Origin: Octopus sinensis
Taxonomy: Eukaryota
Direction of reading: 5' to 3'
DNA length: 64,000 nt
Assembly: GCF_006345805.1 (NCBI RefSeq)
Contig: NW_021824954.1
Location: 124,001-188,000, forward strand
Shown one piece after another: positions 1 to 11,356 of this stretch. Below the pieces are notes generated by a model. That model worked only from the letters and a program-made list of their open reading frames with translations. It did not search any database and was not told the DNA's origin. The position numbers were made by a program, and so were the translations under genes. Position 1 is the first letter of the stretch; the number at the start of each line of letters is the position of its first letter.

Positions 1-785
1 CCAAGATGCCTTGTGGGATGTATTGTTGGCAAAGAATGTGTTAGTGATGTACAGGTTATGGTATGTGCAAAATTCAAGTAATCTCTGACCATTGTCATTC
101 ATGTTGCCAATGCCAAAACACATATATACATATATATACGATTGATTTGTTTCAGTTCCTGTCTATGAAATCCATATATATATGCATACACACACACACA
201 CACACACACAAAGATAAATTGATAGATACAACTGAGTGGGCAAACAAAAATATGAGACACTGCGTAGTGATTTTTTATATTTTGATAAGCCTGGTACTTA
301 TTCTATCCGTTTCTTCTTGTGAAACCAGTAAGTTATGGGGATGTAAATAAACAAACACCAGTTGTGAAGCAGTGATAAGGGAGAAACACAAACACACACA
401 CATAGACTTACATATATACATACATATACATACAATTGATTTCTTTCAGTTTCTGTCTACAAAATCCACTGAGGCTATAGCAGAAGACACATGCCAAGTT
501 ACCACACAGTGGGACTGAACTGAGGACCATGTGTTTTGGAACCAAGTTTGTTACCACACAGCCACACCTGCACCTATGTGTGTGTGTGTGTATGTGTGTA
601 TGGGTGTATATATTATGCATATATATATACTTGTATATATATATGTGTACATATTACATGTACAGCTATATATATATATACATCTAGACATACATGTATA
701 CACATACATGTATATCTATAGAAATACATCTATACATATGCATGTATACATATACAGCTATATATATATATATACATCCATATAT

Positions 786-837
<52 letters not shown>

Positions 838-1457
838 CATATATATATATACAAATTGAGATAGGGGTTGTAAATGCAACCCTCCATAGGATAACATATA
901 TCCAATATACTGCTAGTGAAGTACCCAACAAAGTTAATACATAAATGTTAAGGATTGCGATGCAATCAATTCATTTACTGTATTATATGGGCAAAGGTAA
1001 AATGATTTACCACAAATTACTAATACAAGATAAGAAAATGGAGAAATACATCTAAATCAAATATCAATTACCAGATAATACTCAATCACATACTTTATTA
1101 AACCACCACATAAGAGACTGTAGGGTTAAACATAAAAAAGTAGAACAAATCAGTGTACTTAAAGGAATGTACATAAAAAAGTGTACATAAAAGAGTGATG
1201 TTGTATAATAAGTAGAATATATATAAAAAAGAGAATATACATATAAGTAAATATAAATATAAGTATAGATTACATCTTACAGCTGTTTCGGCCATGTAGA
1301 TAAGTATGTCTCGTTTTACCAATATTGGCCTTTTATGGTAGGTCAATATATATATATATATAAATGAGACATTTACAAAAATAGGTTTACCTTTGTGATC
1401 TTCTTAATTTGTATTCCATTTTATTTATCTATTTATCTATACATGGATATATATGTA

Positions 1458-1498
<41 letters not shown>

Positions 1499-1626
1499 CG
1501 GGAAGCTTTATGAAAATAGACAAAAGACGAAGGCAGGTTTACGGAAATAAACAAAAGACGAAGGCAGGTGGAATACAAACAAACAATTGTATTAGTATGC
1601 CGCTCAGGAAATATAAATAAAACAAG

Positions 1627-1664
1627 TCTTTAACGTTTCGAGCCTACGCTCTTCAACAGAAAGA
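1627..1664 (-). ncRNA. Minimal type I hammerhead, A6U variant, in a PLE-type terminal repeat
   Basis: Minus strand UCUUU-CUGUUGA-A-GAGC-GUAG-GCUC-GAAA-CGU-U|AAAGA. Palindromic ACGU stem III as in dimer-dependent PLE hammerheads. Confidence 0.7.
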
Positions 1665-2043
1665 TACACAGAGAAAAAATACACAGAAAGAAGGAGAGAA
1701 AAAAAATGCGTGCAGAGGCTAGCGAATCAACATGGCGATCTGATTTCGGCCAGAAGTCAAAGGTCAAACGTGAGACGCAAGAGCGAAATTAGGGGAGATA
1801 ATAGGGTTAAATGACATCGCTCCAACATAAGAGTGTGTGTGTGTGTGTATGAGAAGAGTGTGTGTGTGTGTGTGTATGAGAGAGTATTAGTGCGTATGAG
1901 AGGTCTGGACGTGTGTATGTATATATGATGTGATGTGTAAAGTTGTATGGTGTAGTGTAGAGAGAGGAGATGAGGGAAGAGGGGAGGTAAGGGGTGAGGG
2001 GAGGGTCGGAGAAAGAAAGGGGAGAAGAGGAGGGGAAGGGGGA

Positions 2044-2290
2044 GAAGGAAGGAGAGGAGAAGAGGAGGAGAAGGAAGGAGATGAGAAGAGGAGGAGAAGG
2101 AAGGAGAGGAGAAGAGGAGGAGAAGGAAGGAGAGGAGAAGAGGAGGAGAAGGAAGGAGAGGAGAAGAGGAGGAGAAGGAAGGAGAGGAGAAGAGGAGGAG
2201 AAGGAAGGAGAGGAGAAGAGGAGGAGAAGGAAGGAGATGAGAAGAGGAGGGGAAGGGGGAGAAGGAAGGAGATGAGAAGAGGAGGGGAGA
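2044..2290 (+). repeat. Almost all-purine 26-bp minisatellite (GAAGGAAGGAGAGGAGAAGAGGAGGA)n
   Basis: About 9 tandem units read directly; explains the R/E/G-rich ORFs at 1930-2394. Confidence 0.9.
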
Positions 2291-3372
2291 GGAGGAGGGA
2301 GGATAGAGGGAGAGGGGGAGAGAGAGAGAGAAGGGGAGTGAGGGAGCAGAGAGAAAGAGGGAAGAAGGGAAGAGGAGTAGGGGTGAAAGGATGAAGGACT
2401 GAAGAGAAGTAGGGGTCGGGGGGAGGTTAGATGAGGAGGGGGAGAGTTGAGACCAAATGGCGTATGTGTATGTATGTATGTTTTTGTGCGTATAGGTATG
2501 TTCGTAGGTGGATGTACGGATGTATGTTTTTCTTATACATATGAGTACGCAGGTGCGTATTTGGATATGTATGGGTGAATATAAGTATAGGTTTTATTTG
2601 TACATATGAGTGCGCAGACATATATTTAAATATGTATATATGTGTGTGCGAATGTTCCCTGATATAGTATATGAGAGTGTATTAACATTTATGAGTATAT
2701 GCGGATGTGGGTATGAGTGTGTGTGTTAGTGTATAGACACTGTTGCCTGTACTGATTTGTCTATAAGCCATGCGATGACAGACATGCACTCTGCAATCTA
2801 GTGAATGTGTAGAGATGTGTCGGGGTGTATTCATGTGTGTGTGCATGTGTGTGTGGGTATTTATGTGGACGTGTGGGTTTAGGGTTGGATGTGGATGTGT
2901 ATGTTTTTCTTGTGTGGTGTGGTGTAGGTCGGGCGGCTCTCAACGGACCAACCTTGATGAAGACAATGATATTTTAAATTCAAATCCAATAGTGTATTTA
3001 TGTCATAAGGAAAATTACTAATTGGAACCCGGACATACATATGTACCACTTTGGATCCTAATGTAAGCGTTATTAATAATATTATGAATGATAATAATGA
3101 TAGTATTAATGGTATTGACAACGATAATAATGCTAACTTTAATGACACTTTGCAAATTAGTAGGAAGTAATATAATGTACTATTGACTATGTATATTTGC
3201 ATCTAGGTACTAATATGTGTATGTTTATTATCACAATATTAAGTTGAAGAACTGAAACATTGAATATGGAACGTATATATGTTTACTAATTTATATTATT
3301 TATTTACATTATTATGTATATGTATATTTTTATATGTATAGGAGTGTGAGCATATGCACTCATATGTATATG

Positions 3373-3505
3373 TATATCTTCGAGGAGGCCTTATGATATT
3401 TTTGTAAATGTCTCATTTATATCTATATATTGACCTACCATAAAATGCCAATATTGGTAAAACGAGACATACTTATCTACATGGCTGAAACAGCTGTAAG
3501 ATGTA
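3373..3505 (+). ncRNA. Degenerate type I hammerhead with a roughly 90-nt loop II
   Basis: 7-bp stem I UAUAUCU/AGAUGUA. Core UCGAGGA 3380-3386 (two substitutions from CUGAGGA). Stem II GGCC/GGCU (GGCC in the inverted copy at about 1280). GAAA 3487-3490. Palindromic stem III ACAGCUGU. GUA| after 3498. Confidence 0.55.
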
Positions 3506-3748
3506 ATCTGTACTTATATTTATATTTACTTATATGTATATTCTCTTTTTTATATATATTCTACTTACTATACAACATCACTCTTTTATGTACACTTTTT
3601 TATGTACATTCCTTTAAGTACACTGATTTGTTCTGCTTCTTCATGTTTAACCCTACAGTCTCTTATGTGGTGGTTTAATAAAGTATGTGATTGAGTATTA
3701 TCTGGTAATTGATATTTGATTTAGATGTATTTCTCCATTTTCTTATCT

Positions 3749-3793
<45 letters not shown>

Positions 3794-3794
3794 T

Positions 3795-5978
3795 CTGATG
3801 CTATACAAGAGTGATTCTTCTACAAAGTCACTCGAAGAACTCAGAAAGCAAGAAATAAAACCCAACTGACTGCCAGACGCTGTGCAAATAGGTATTGGCA
3901 GGAAATCTCTCAGAGTATCCAGTCAGCTGCTGAAAGTGGCAACACCTGTGGAATGTATTCCGGTTTGAAGAAGGCCCTTGGTCCATCTGCAACCAAGTCA
4001 CCCCCTCTGAAATCAACTACTGGAGATCTCATCAAGGACCAGCGCAAGCAGATGGATCGATGGGTGGAGTACTACCAGGATCTCTACTCATGGTAGACCA
4101 TGGTAGCTGAGGCTGCAATCGAGGGTGTCAAGATCTTGCCAGTGATGTGCGAACTTGACAGGCTGCCATCTATAGCAGAGCTCACCAAGGCTATTGACTC
4201 CCTAGCAAGTAACAAGGCTCCGGGAAAAGACGGCATCCCCTTAGAGATCATCAAAACCGGCAAAAACACCATCCTGCTTCGGCACCTTCATGGGCTTCTG
4301 TGTCAGCGCTGGGAAGAGGGTACAGTCCCTCAGGATATGTGAGATGCTTACATTATTACGTTTTACAAAAAACAAACGTGACCGTGGTGATTGTAACAAT
4401 TACTGTGGAATATCTCTTCTAAGCACTGTTAGAAAGGCCTTTGCTCGCATCGTCCTGTTCAGGTTACAACTGCTTGCTTCTTGAATTTATCCAGAATCGC
4501 AGTGTGGCTTTAGAAGAAGCAGATCAACTATTGACATGATATTCTCCATACGCCAACTTCAGGAGAAGTCCAGAGAGCAGAAAATGCCTTATATATGGCC
4601 TTCATTGATCTGACAAAGGCCTTTGACTTGGTAAGTAGAAAAAGCCTCTTCATCCTGCTCCAAAAAATTGGATGTCCACCAAAGCTGTTGAGGATCATCA
4701 AATCCTTCCAAGATGATATGCAAGGCACCATACAGCACAATGTTTCAACATCAGCCACCTTCCAAATAAAAACTGGGGTAAAGCAAGGTTGTGTCCTTGC
4801 TCCTACATTATTTGGCATCTTGTTCTCGCTGCTGCTGTCACATGCCTTTGAGACATCAGATGATGGAGTGTTTCTGCACAGTAGAAGTGATGGGAAACTG
4901 TTCAATCTCTCGCGTCTGCATGCCAAGACCAAAATCAGAAGCATCCTGATCAAGGAGATGCTATTTGCTGATGATGCCGCTCTGGTATCACACACAGAAG
5001 AAGCCCTACAAAGGCTCTTCAACTGTTTTGAGCAAGCATGTAGCAACTTTGGCTTAGTTATCAGCCCCAAGAAGACCAACATCATGGGTCAGGCTACATC
5101 GGACATCCCAAACATACATACTGGAGACCACAGGCTACTGGAGGTGGAGAAGTTTACCTATCTTGGCTCTACCGTCACCTACAACCTATCCCTTGATGCT
5201 GAGCTCAATATACGCATTGGCAAGGCAGCTGCTGTGATGGCCCAATTCTCCAAACGGGCATGGGACAACAATAAGCTGACCAAGACCACAAAAATGAAAA
5301 TTTACCAGGCATGTGTACTTAGCACTCTACTGTATGGAAGTGAGACTTGGACACCATACACATGCCAAGAGCGTCGCCTAAATATCTTTCACCTGTGCTG
5401 CCTCCAGAAAATCCTTTGCATCAAATGGCAGATCATGTCCCCAACAAAGATCTCCTCAAGCAAGCAGGAATACCAAGCATGTTTGCACTCCTCACACAAA
5501 GATGTATGAGATGGCTTGGATATGTTAGCCATATGGAAGATGGCAGAATCCTAAAGGACATACTCAACGGAGAGCTTGCTAGGGGCACCAGGTTTGTGGG
5601 AAGACTGTTCTTATGATACAAGGATGTTTGCAAAAGGGACAAGAATGCCTGCAACATCAATGTTACCAACTGCGAAGCAGTTGCCAGCAACCGTGGAGAT
5701 TGGCAACATACCGTAAAAGAGGAAACACAAAGGAGTGACATAGAGAAAGAGGAGAAATGGAAAGACAAGAAAAGACTTCAACAAGAAACTATGACATTAC
5801 AACTAACCAGGCAAGGTCTTCGCTACATTTGCGGCACCTGCTAGAGGGAGTGTTTGTCCAGGATAGGACTACACAGCCACAGTAGGAGATGTATTAGGAC
5901 TTGAAATGTAAAAGCCGGACTAGATTATTTTATGCACAACTCCATTGTCTCCCGAGACAAAAAGGATGCCAACAACAA
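3795..5978 (+). mobile_element. RTE (BovB-like) LINE, 5'-truncated, with stops and frameshifts
   Basis: RT motifs NKAPGKDGIP, FIDLTKAFD, GVKQGCVLAPTLF, LFADD, FTYLGS, LLYGSETW. C-terminal CGTC..SRIGLHSH zinc finger. 3' end GGATGCCAACAACAA. Sits between (TA)n runs. Confidence 0.93.
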
Positions 5979-6261
5979 TATATATGGATTTCGTAGACAG
6001 GAACTGAAACAAATAAATCGTATATATATGTAAGTCTATGTGTGTGTCTTTGTGTTTCTCCCTCATCACTACTTCACAACTGCTGTTCATTTATTTACAT
6101 TCACATGACTTACTGGTTTGACAAGAACAAACTAATAGAATAAGTACCAGGCTTATCAACATAAAAAAAGCACTAGGCTGTGTCTCATATTTTTGTTTGC
6201 CCACTCAGTTGTATCTATCAATTTATCTTTGTATGTGTGTGTATATATCTATATGTATATG

Positions 6262-6331
<70 letters not shown>

Positions 6332-7499
6332 CCTAATGGGAACCTTATCTCCCAAATTTTAGTAATTTCTTTTATGATCCAAAACTACATAAAAAGTACT
6401 GAATGGATCTTTATGAAATTTGGAAATTATATTCTATGTATAAGGGCCATAACCCCCATGACAATTCATTTATTTTTGCTGTTGATGAAATTTTAACTAT
6501 AGATATTAGATACAAATGAAGTAATATTTATAAAATTTCATCTTCTTACAAGTTAGAAAGACCTCTCTCAGGGGACTTAATACCCACAATTTTGTCATTT
6601 TATCTAAGCAAAAATGAATACAGTTGCGCTCTTGGAAGCTGTAGGGTTACCCAAGCATAAAAGTTGGGCATTATTTCTAAATCAATGGTACAACAGTTTG
6701 CTTTGATATACACTTACATTGTGATTTCTGCAATGTGGTGCATAAATTGTCAAGTAAATGAGAGGCATCTTTGCTTCCACTGATTCAGTTGCAAAGTGTT
6801 GAGTAAAGTTATTTGATTGCACACCTCCTTTCAGTCTTTTTATTATCATTTGGTCACACATTGTCCCCAGATGGTAACATTGATTTCAAGGCCTTCCCAG
6901 ATGAGTGACTGGTTATTCAAAGACATTTATAGATTGTAAATTTATTCTGTCCAGTTGCGTATGAGTATTGTGGTCATTTGCAAACTGCAGAGGTGACACT
7001 TTAATTTCTCCTTAGCCCTCACATCACACAGTTGTTAATGTTGATCTCAGCTGGGTCATGCCCTTCCAATTGCTATAGATTCGTAATGCATCTTACGGCT
7101 GTGCCTGTCACCTGCATGGTGAGGAATCCTACATTGAGTGTTAACGACTAGGGTAGGGTAACTGACTGCTTATAGTGATCATTTGTCTTTTGGTTTCCTG
7201 TAGCTTTGCTCTCTTTTACAAACCCAGTGAACATATATTTCCTATTTCAAAGCAATTCAAACAATAGATATAAGACCCAAGTTAAAAAGATTCTCAACAA
7301 TTCAACTTCTCTGGTTGACATTAAGATGCCCACCCCCAACAGGGGCCTTAACTCTCACATTTTAGAGCTCCATGACCTTCATTTTTCAGGAGCAAAATCT
7401 TTTTAACAGGTTCAATAAGACTGGAATTTTGGAATATGTACATAAAAATCAGTAGTGTAGGATACATGTAGCACGATTACAATTTTTTTAGGGTGTGTA

Positions 7500-7634
7500 A
7501 GGAGGGAAATAACCCTCATCTGCAATTTTGATGAAATTCGAAACATAGATATTCCAGTTCATTACAGAAAATATAACAGAAAAGTCTAATTTTTCAATTG
7601 AATGTAACCGGGCAACGTCGGGTATCTCTGCTAG
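7500..7634 (+). mobile_element. Probable Helitron-type 3' terminus
   Basis: GC-rich hairpin ACCGGGCAACGTCGGGT (7607-7623) followed after 7 nt by CTAG|T. The 5' end is not defined; it may lie near the (TA)n at about 6320. Confidence 0.45.
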
Positions 7635-7849
7635 TCTATTTTATATTACTATTTACCTATATGGTTTTTATTACATGCTGGCTTCTGATAAGATCATTAA
7701 TTTTATCCTTATTATATATGCATATATATGTTTGTTTATATGTATAGTCTTGAATTTATCGATAATGCATAAAAGTTAACAATCTGGTCCTAAGGTACTC
7801 AAAAAGTTAAATGTTGCAAACTTCAAATTACCAAGCAACTTGCAAATAT

Positions 7850-9455
7850 TCTACGATGTTATAGAAAGTATCATGATCCAAAGAATCTATGGGAAGATTT
7901 CAGAACAAAAATTTTTCAAGCTGCAAGCTCTTCAGTGGGATTTAAATTGCATAAGTCCAGTGACTGGTTTTCAGAAATTCATAATCTTCTTTTTGAAAAT
8001 CAAAACTGAGGCAATACACTTCTTTCTCAATCTTTGAACCCCAACTCAAATGAAGCATACAGAAATTTGAAAGGAAACATGCAGACTGTTCTAAGGAAAA
8101 TTAAACAGGAATGGTGGAATGACAGAACAAAAGGGGCGCAAGAAGCAGCTGATAGAAATGATGCCAACGAGTTGTACTCTTATGGCCAAAGGATCTGTGT
8201 GGTAATTTTCATGAGACTTTGGTTTTGTCTATAGTTGGAAAGGTACTTGCCAGTATTCAGTTAGAACGTTTAAGTACCTTCATAGTTCCAAATATAGTGT
8301 CCGAGTCTCAATGTGGTTTTTGCTCCTCCAGGGGCATAGTTGATTGTATCTTTACTATCAGAGAATTTCAGGAAAAATGCATTGAACAGAATCTTGCCCT
8401 ATACCTTTGCTTTGTTGATTTATGCAAGGCATCAAAATGCTCTCTGGCTAATTCTAAGGAAAAGAGATTGCCCAGAAAAATTTGTAAACACAATCAGGGC
8501 TTTGCATCAGGATATGAAGGCTAGAGTTAATTTTGGCAGTAGGCTTTCTGAATCTTTTGCCATGGAAAATGGAGTAAAGTAAGATCGTGATGCATCTACC
8601 CTCTTTGCAATATACTTTGCTGTTGTGCTGTCACACACTTTACAAAATTCAAGGAGGGTATTTACATAAAATATTGAACAACAGGGAATGTTTTTAATCC
8701 GACCAGACTGAAATTCAAAACAAAGGTTTTTACTTCACTCATTAAGGGAACTCTTATACACTGATGATTGCGATCTAGTCAGCTACTCTAATATGGGCCT
8801 ACAATCTCTTGTATCTGCATTTGATTCAGCTTGTGATGATTTTGGCTCGACTATCAACTTGAAAAAACAGTTGTAATGTATCAACCTGTATGTGGTACTG
8901 TTTGGAACTCCACTAAAATTTTCATTAAGGGTAAGCTACTTGAGGTTGTTGATTCTTTTATCTACCTCGAAAACTCTGAACAAAAGGATGGAAATCTAAA
9001 CACAGAAATACATCTGTGAATTCGAAGGGCAACACAAAGCATTTGTTGGTTTGGAGTCATGCATTTGACACCAACGACCTATAAATATGATACATGCAAA
9101 ACTCAAGAGAGTTTTAAAGAATGTTGTGATTGAGAAGGTGAATATCAGTGACTTTTTTGAGAGCACAGTTTGTGCCGGACTATGTCTTTCTTTTGCTGGG
9201 CTCAAATCTCATTTGAGGACACATGAAAAACAAACTTCTACCAACTATTCTGCTTATATATCTGTGCACACCTTTCAATATTGTGTATGCCATAAGGTCT
9301 GCAAATCTAACAGAAGCCTCAAAAGACATTTCAAGATCCACAAAGAGCAGAACTTAACTGCAGCTCTTGGTGGTCCAAATCAGATATGCAATCTATGTGG
9401 GTGTCTTTTCAATACATTGTCTGGTTTAAAATGCCACATCGGATGCCATGATGGT
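7850..9455 (+). mobile_element. Old, internally deleted RTE LINE with three C-terminal zinc fingers
   Basis: Remnants NLWEDFRTKIFQAASSSVGF..DWF, ESQCGFCSSRGIVDCIFTIR, LYLCFVDLCKA, ENGVK, LLYTDD-like, FIYL; then three C2H2-like repeats at 9162-9449. Confidence 0.8.
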
Positions 9456-9642
9456 TATTTTTCTTTTTGTGAAATAAACACATGCACTATATATTTGTTC
9501 TTCACATCAGATATATTATTTTTCTTACTTTATGTTTATTTGGGAAAAAAGAGAAAGAAAAAGAAAGACCATCTCGAAATATAACAATATCTGTTTCAAC
9601 ACGATTTCACATCAGGAATCTTACAAAACAAATACATGACCG

Positions 9643-9680
<38 letters not shown>

Positions 9681-9990
9681 CACACATATATATATATATA
9701 TATGTACACACATATATATATATATATATGTACACATATATATATATATATATGTACACACATATATATATATATATATATGTACACATATATATATATA
9801 TGTACATATATATATGTGTATATATATATATGTACACATATATATATATATATATGTATATATAATTAATTAATAAGGGTGAGAGAAATAGATACTAATT
9901 TAATAGTATATCTATTCAACACCAAGTGGCCTAGTGCTCCGAGAAACCTGGATTATTATAATATTTTATAACATATTATAATATTTTTAC

Positions 9991-10474
9991 AAAATAAATA
10001 TAAGAGAGTGGTCACTATATGGCTCACTCTAGCACCAGTTAATCCAAAAGGTTTCAACCACGAAAATACATGTTTCCCATGAAAGTCAGTACGATTGTTA
10101 GCTCACCGGACAGGGCAAATAAAAAATAACAAAAATACAGATTATTTTGGGACAATTGTTTCGCTATTAATGAATTAAATGTAATTTTACTTACAAAAAA
10201 ATCCATTTGTAGCTCGTCAGCCAAACTATCCAGATAGTTTTGGCTGACGAGCTACAAATGGATTTTTTTGTAAGTAAAATTACATTTAATTCATTAATAG
10301 CGAAACAATTGTCCCAAAATAATCTGTATTTTTGTTATTTTTTATTTGCCCTGTCCGTGTGAGCTAACAATCGTACTGACTTTCATGGGAAACATGTATT
10401 TTCGTGGTTGAAACCTTTTGGATTAACTGGTGCTAGAGTGAGCCATATAGTGACCACTCTCTTATATTTATTTT
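9991..10474. repeat. Near-perfect 484-bp foldback palindrome
   Basis: Arms 9991-10230 and 10233-10474 with a 2-nt loop (CA). Only two 1-nt indels seen between arms. Flanked by (TA)n-rich tracts. Confidence 0.97.
10231..10326 (+). ncRNA. Type I hammerhead ribozyme, canonical core; mirror copy on the minus strand at about 10135-10232
   Basis: Stem I UUUUGG/CCAAAA plus CAGAU/AUCUG. Core CUGACGA 10244-10250. Stem II GCUA/UAGC with G10.1-C11.1. GAAA 10302-10305. Palindromic stem III ACAAUUGU. Predicted cut GUC| after 10313. Confidence 0.9.
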
Positions 10475-10490
10475 ATATTATATATACATG

Positions 10491-10527
<37 letters not shown>

Positions 10528-10656
10528 GTACACATATATATATATATGTACACATATATATATATATGTACACATTATATATATATGTACACATATATAT
10601 ATATATGTACATATATTATGTATATATATATATATATATATATAATATATTATAAC

Positions 10657-10692
<36 letters not shown>

Positions 10693-10702
10693 GTATATAT
10701 AT

Positions 10703-10747
<45 letters not shown>

Positions 10748-10818
10748 TGTATATATATATGTATATATATGTATATATATATGTATATATATGTATATAT
10801 ATATGTGTATATATTATA

Positions 10819-10870
<52 letters not shown>

Positions 10871-11159
10871 ATATGTCTCCCCGCGGCCATTAGGCACAAC
10901 TTCACAAGCCAGCCCCATACTCAACTCGTCCTGTCGAAAGACCCTTGTCCTACATCCTGGTTTTGTTTTGTTGTTTATTTTTTTTTATTTTTACCGTTAT
11001 TGTTTTTACGTTTTTGTATTCTTATGGTGTCACATATTCTGTATTTTTGGTTGTGTACTTCGTTCGTTTTCCGTCCTCGCGTTGTATACATTCGAAGCTT
11101 TCTTCCAGGGGATCTAATGCGCTTGGCTTAGATTTCCCTTGGCGGGCTGGCCATATCGG

Positions 11160-11226
11160 AGCAATCTCAAGATTAATCAGCCGAAATTGCTAAGATGATC
11201 TGGTTCTTGACTGATGACTGAGGGCT
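11160..11226 (+). ncRNA. Non-circularly permuted hammerhead-like motif
   Basis: AGCAAU-C|UCAAGA-uuaa-UCAGCC-GAAA-UUGCU-13 nt-UCUUGA-CUGAUGA-CUGA. Perfect 6-bp stem I, perfect 6-bp stem III and both core strands are present; stem II is out of register by 2 nt. Confidence 0.6.
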
Positions 11227-11310
11227 TCGAATGTCCCGTCCTGTGGTTCTTGTGTCGTCTCTGTGGTGTTTCATGTTCTTGTCCATGTCTGTAATTATTT
11301 TTACTGTTTA

Positions 11311-11356
<46 letters not shown>

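Larger units (their letters stand above)
1023..3753. mobile_element. Composite bounded by roughly 360-bp inverted repeats (1023-1383 and 3396-3753), probably PLE-derived
   Basis: The arms are reverse complements, which is why the same 82-aa pseudo-ORF appears on both strands. The interior holds a PLE-type terminal repeat with a hammerhead, a GA-rich tandem array and GT-rich DNA. Confidence 0.7.

Noticed and set aside
1735-1780. Minus-strand GGCC-GAAA-UCAGAUC half-hammerhead
   Set aside because: No CUGANGA strand or matching stem I found upstream.
1098-3678. Duplicated 82-aa hydrophobic ORF (1098-1346 minus, 3430-3678 plus)
   Set aside because: A by-product of the AT-rich inverted repeat. 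It starts at TTG and has no recognisable domain.
6640-7400. Captured gene or OB-fold remnant inside the putative Helitron (WEGLEINVTIWGQ)
   Set aside because: A single short motif amid stops; insufficient evidence.
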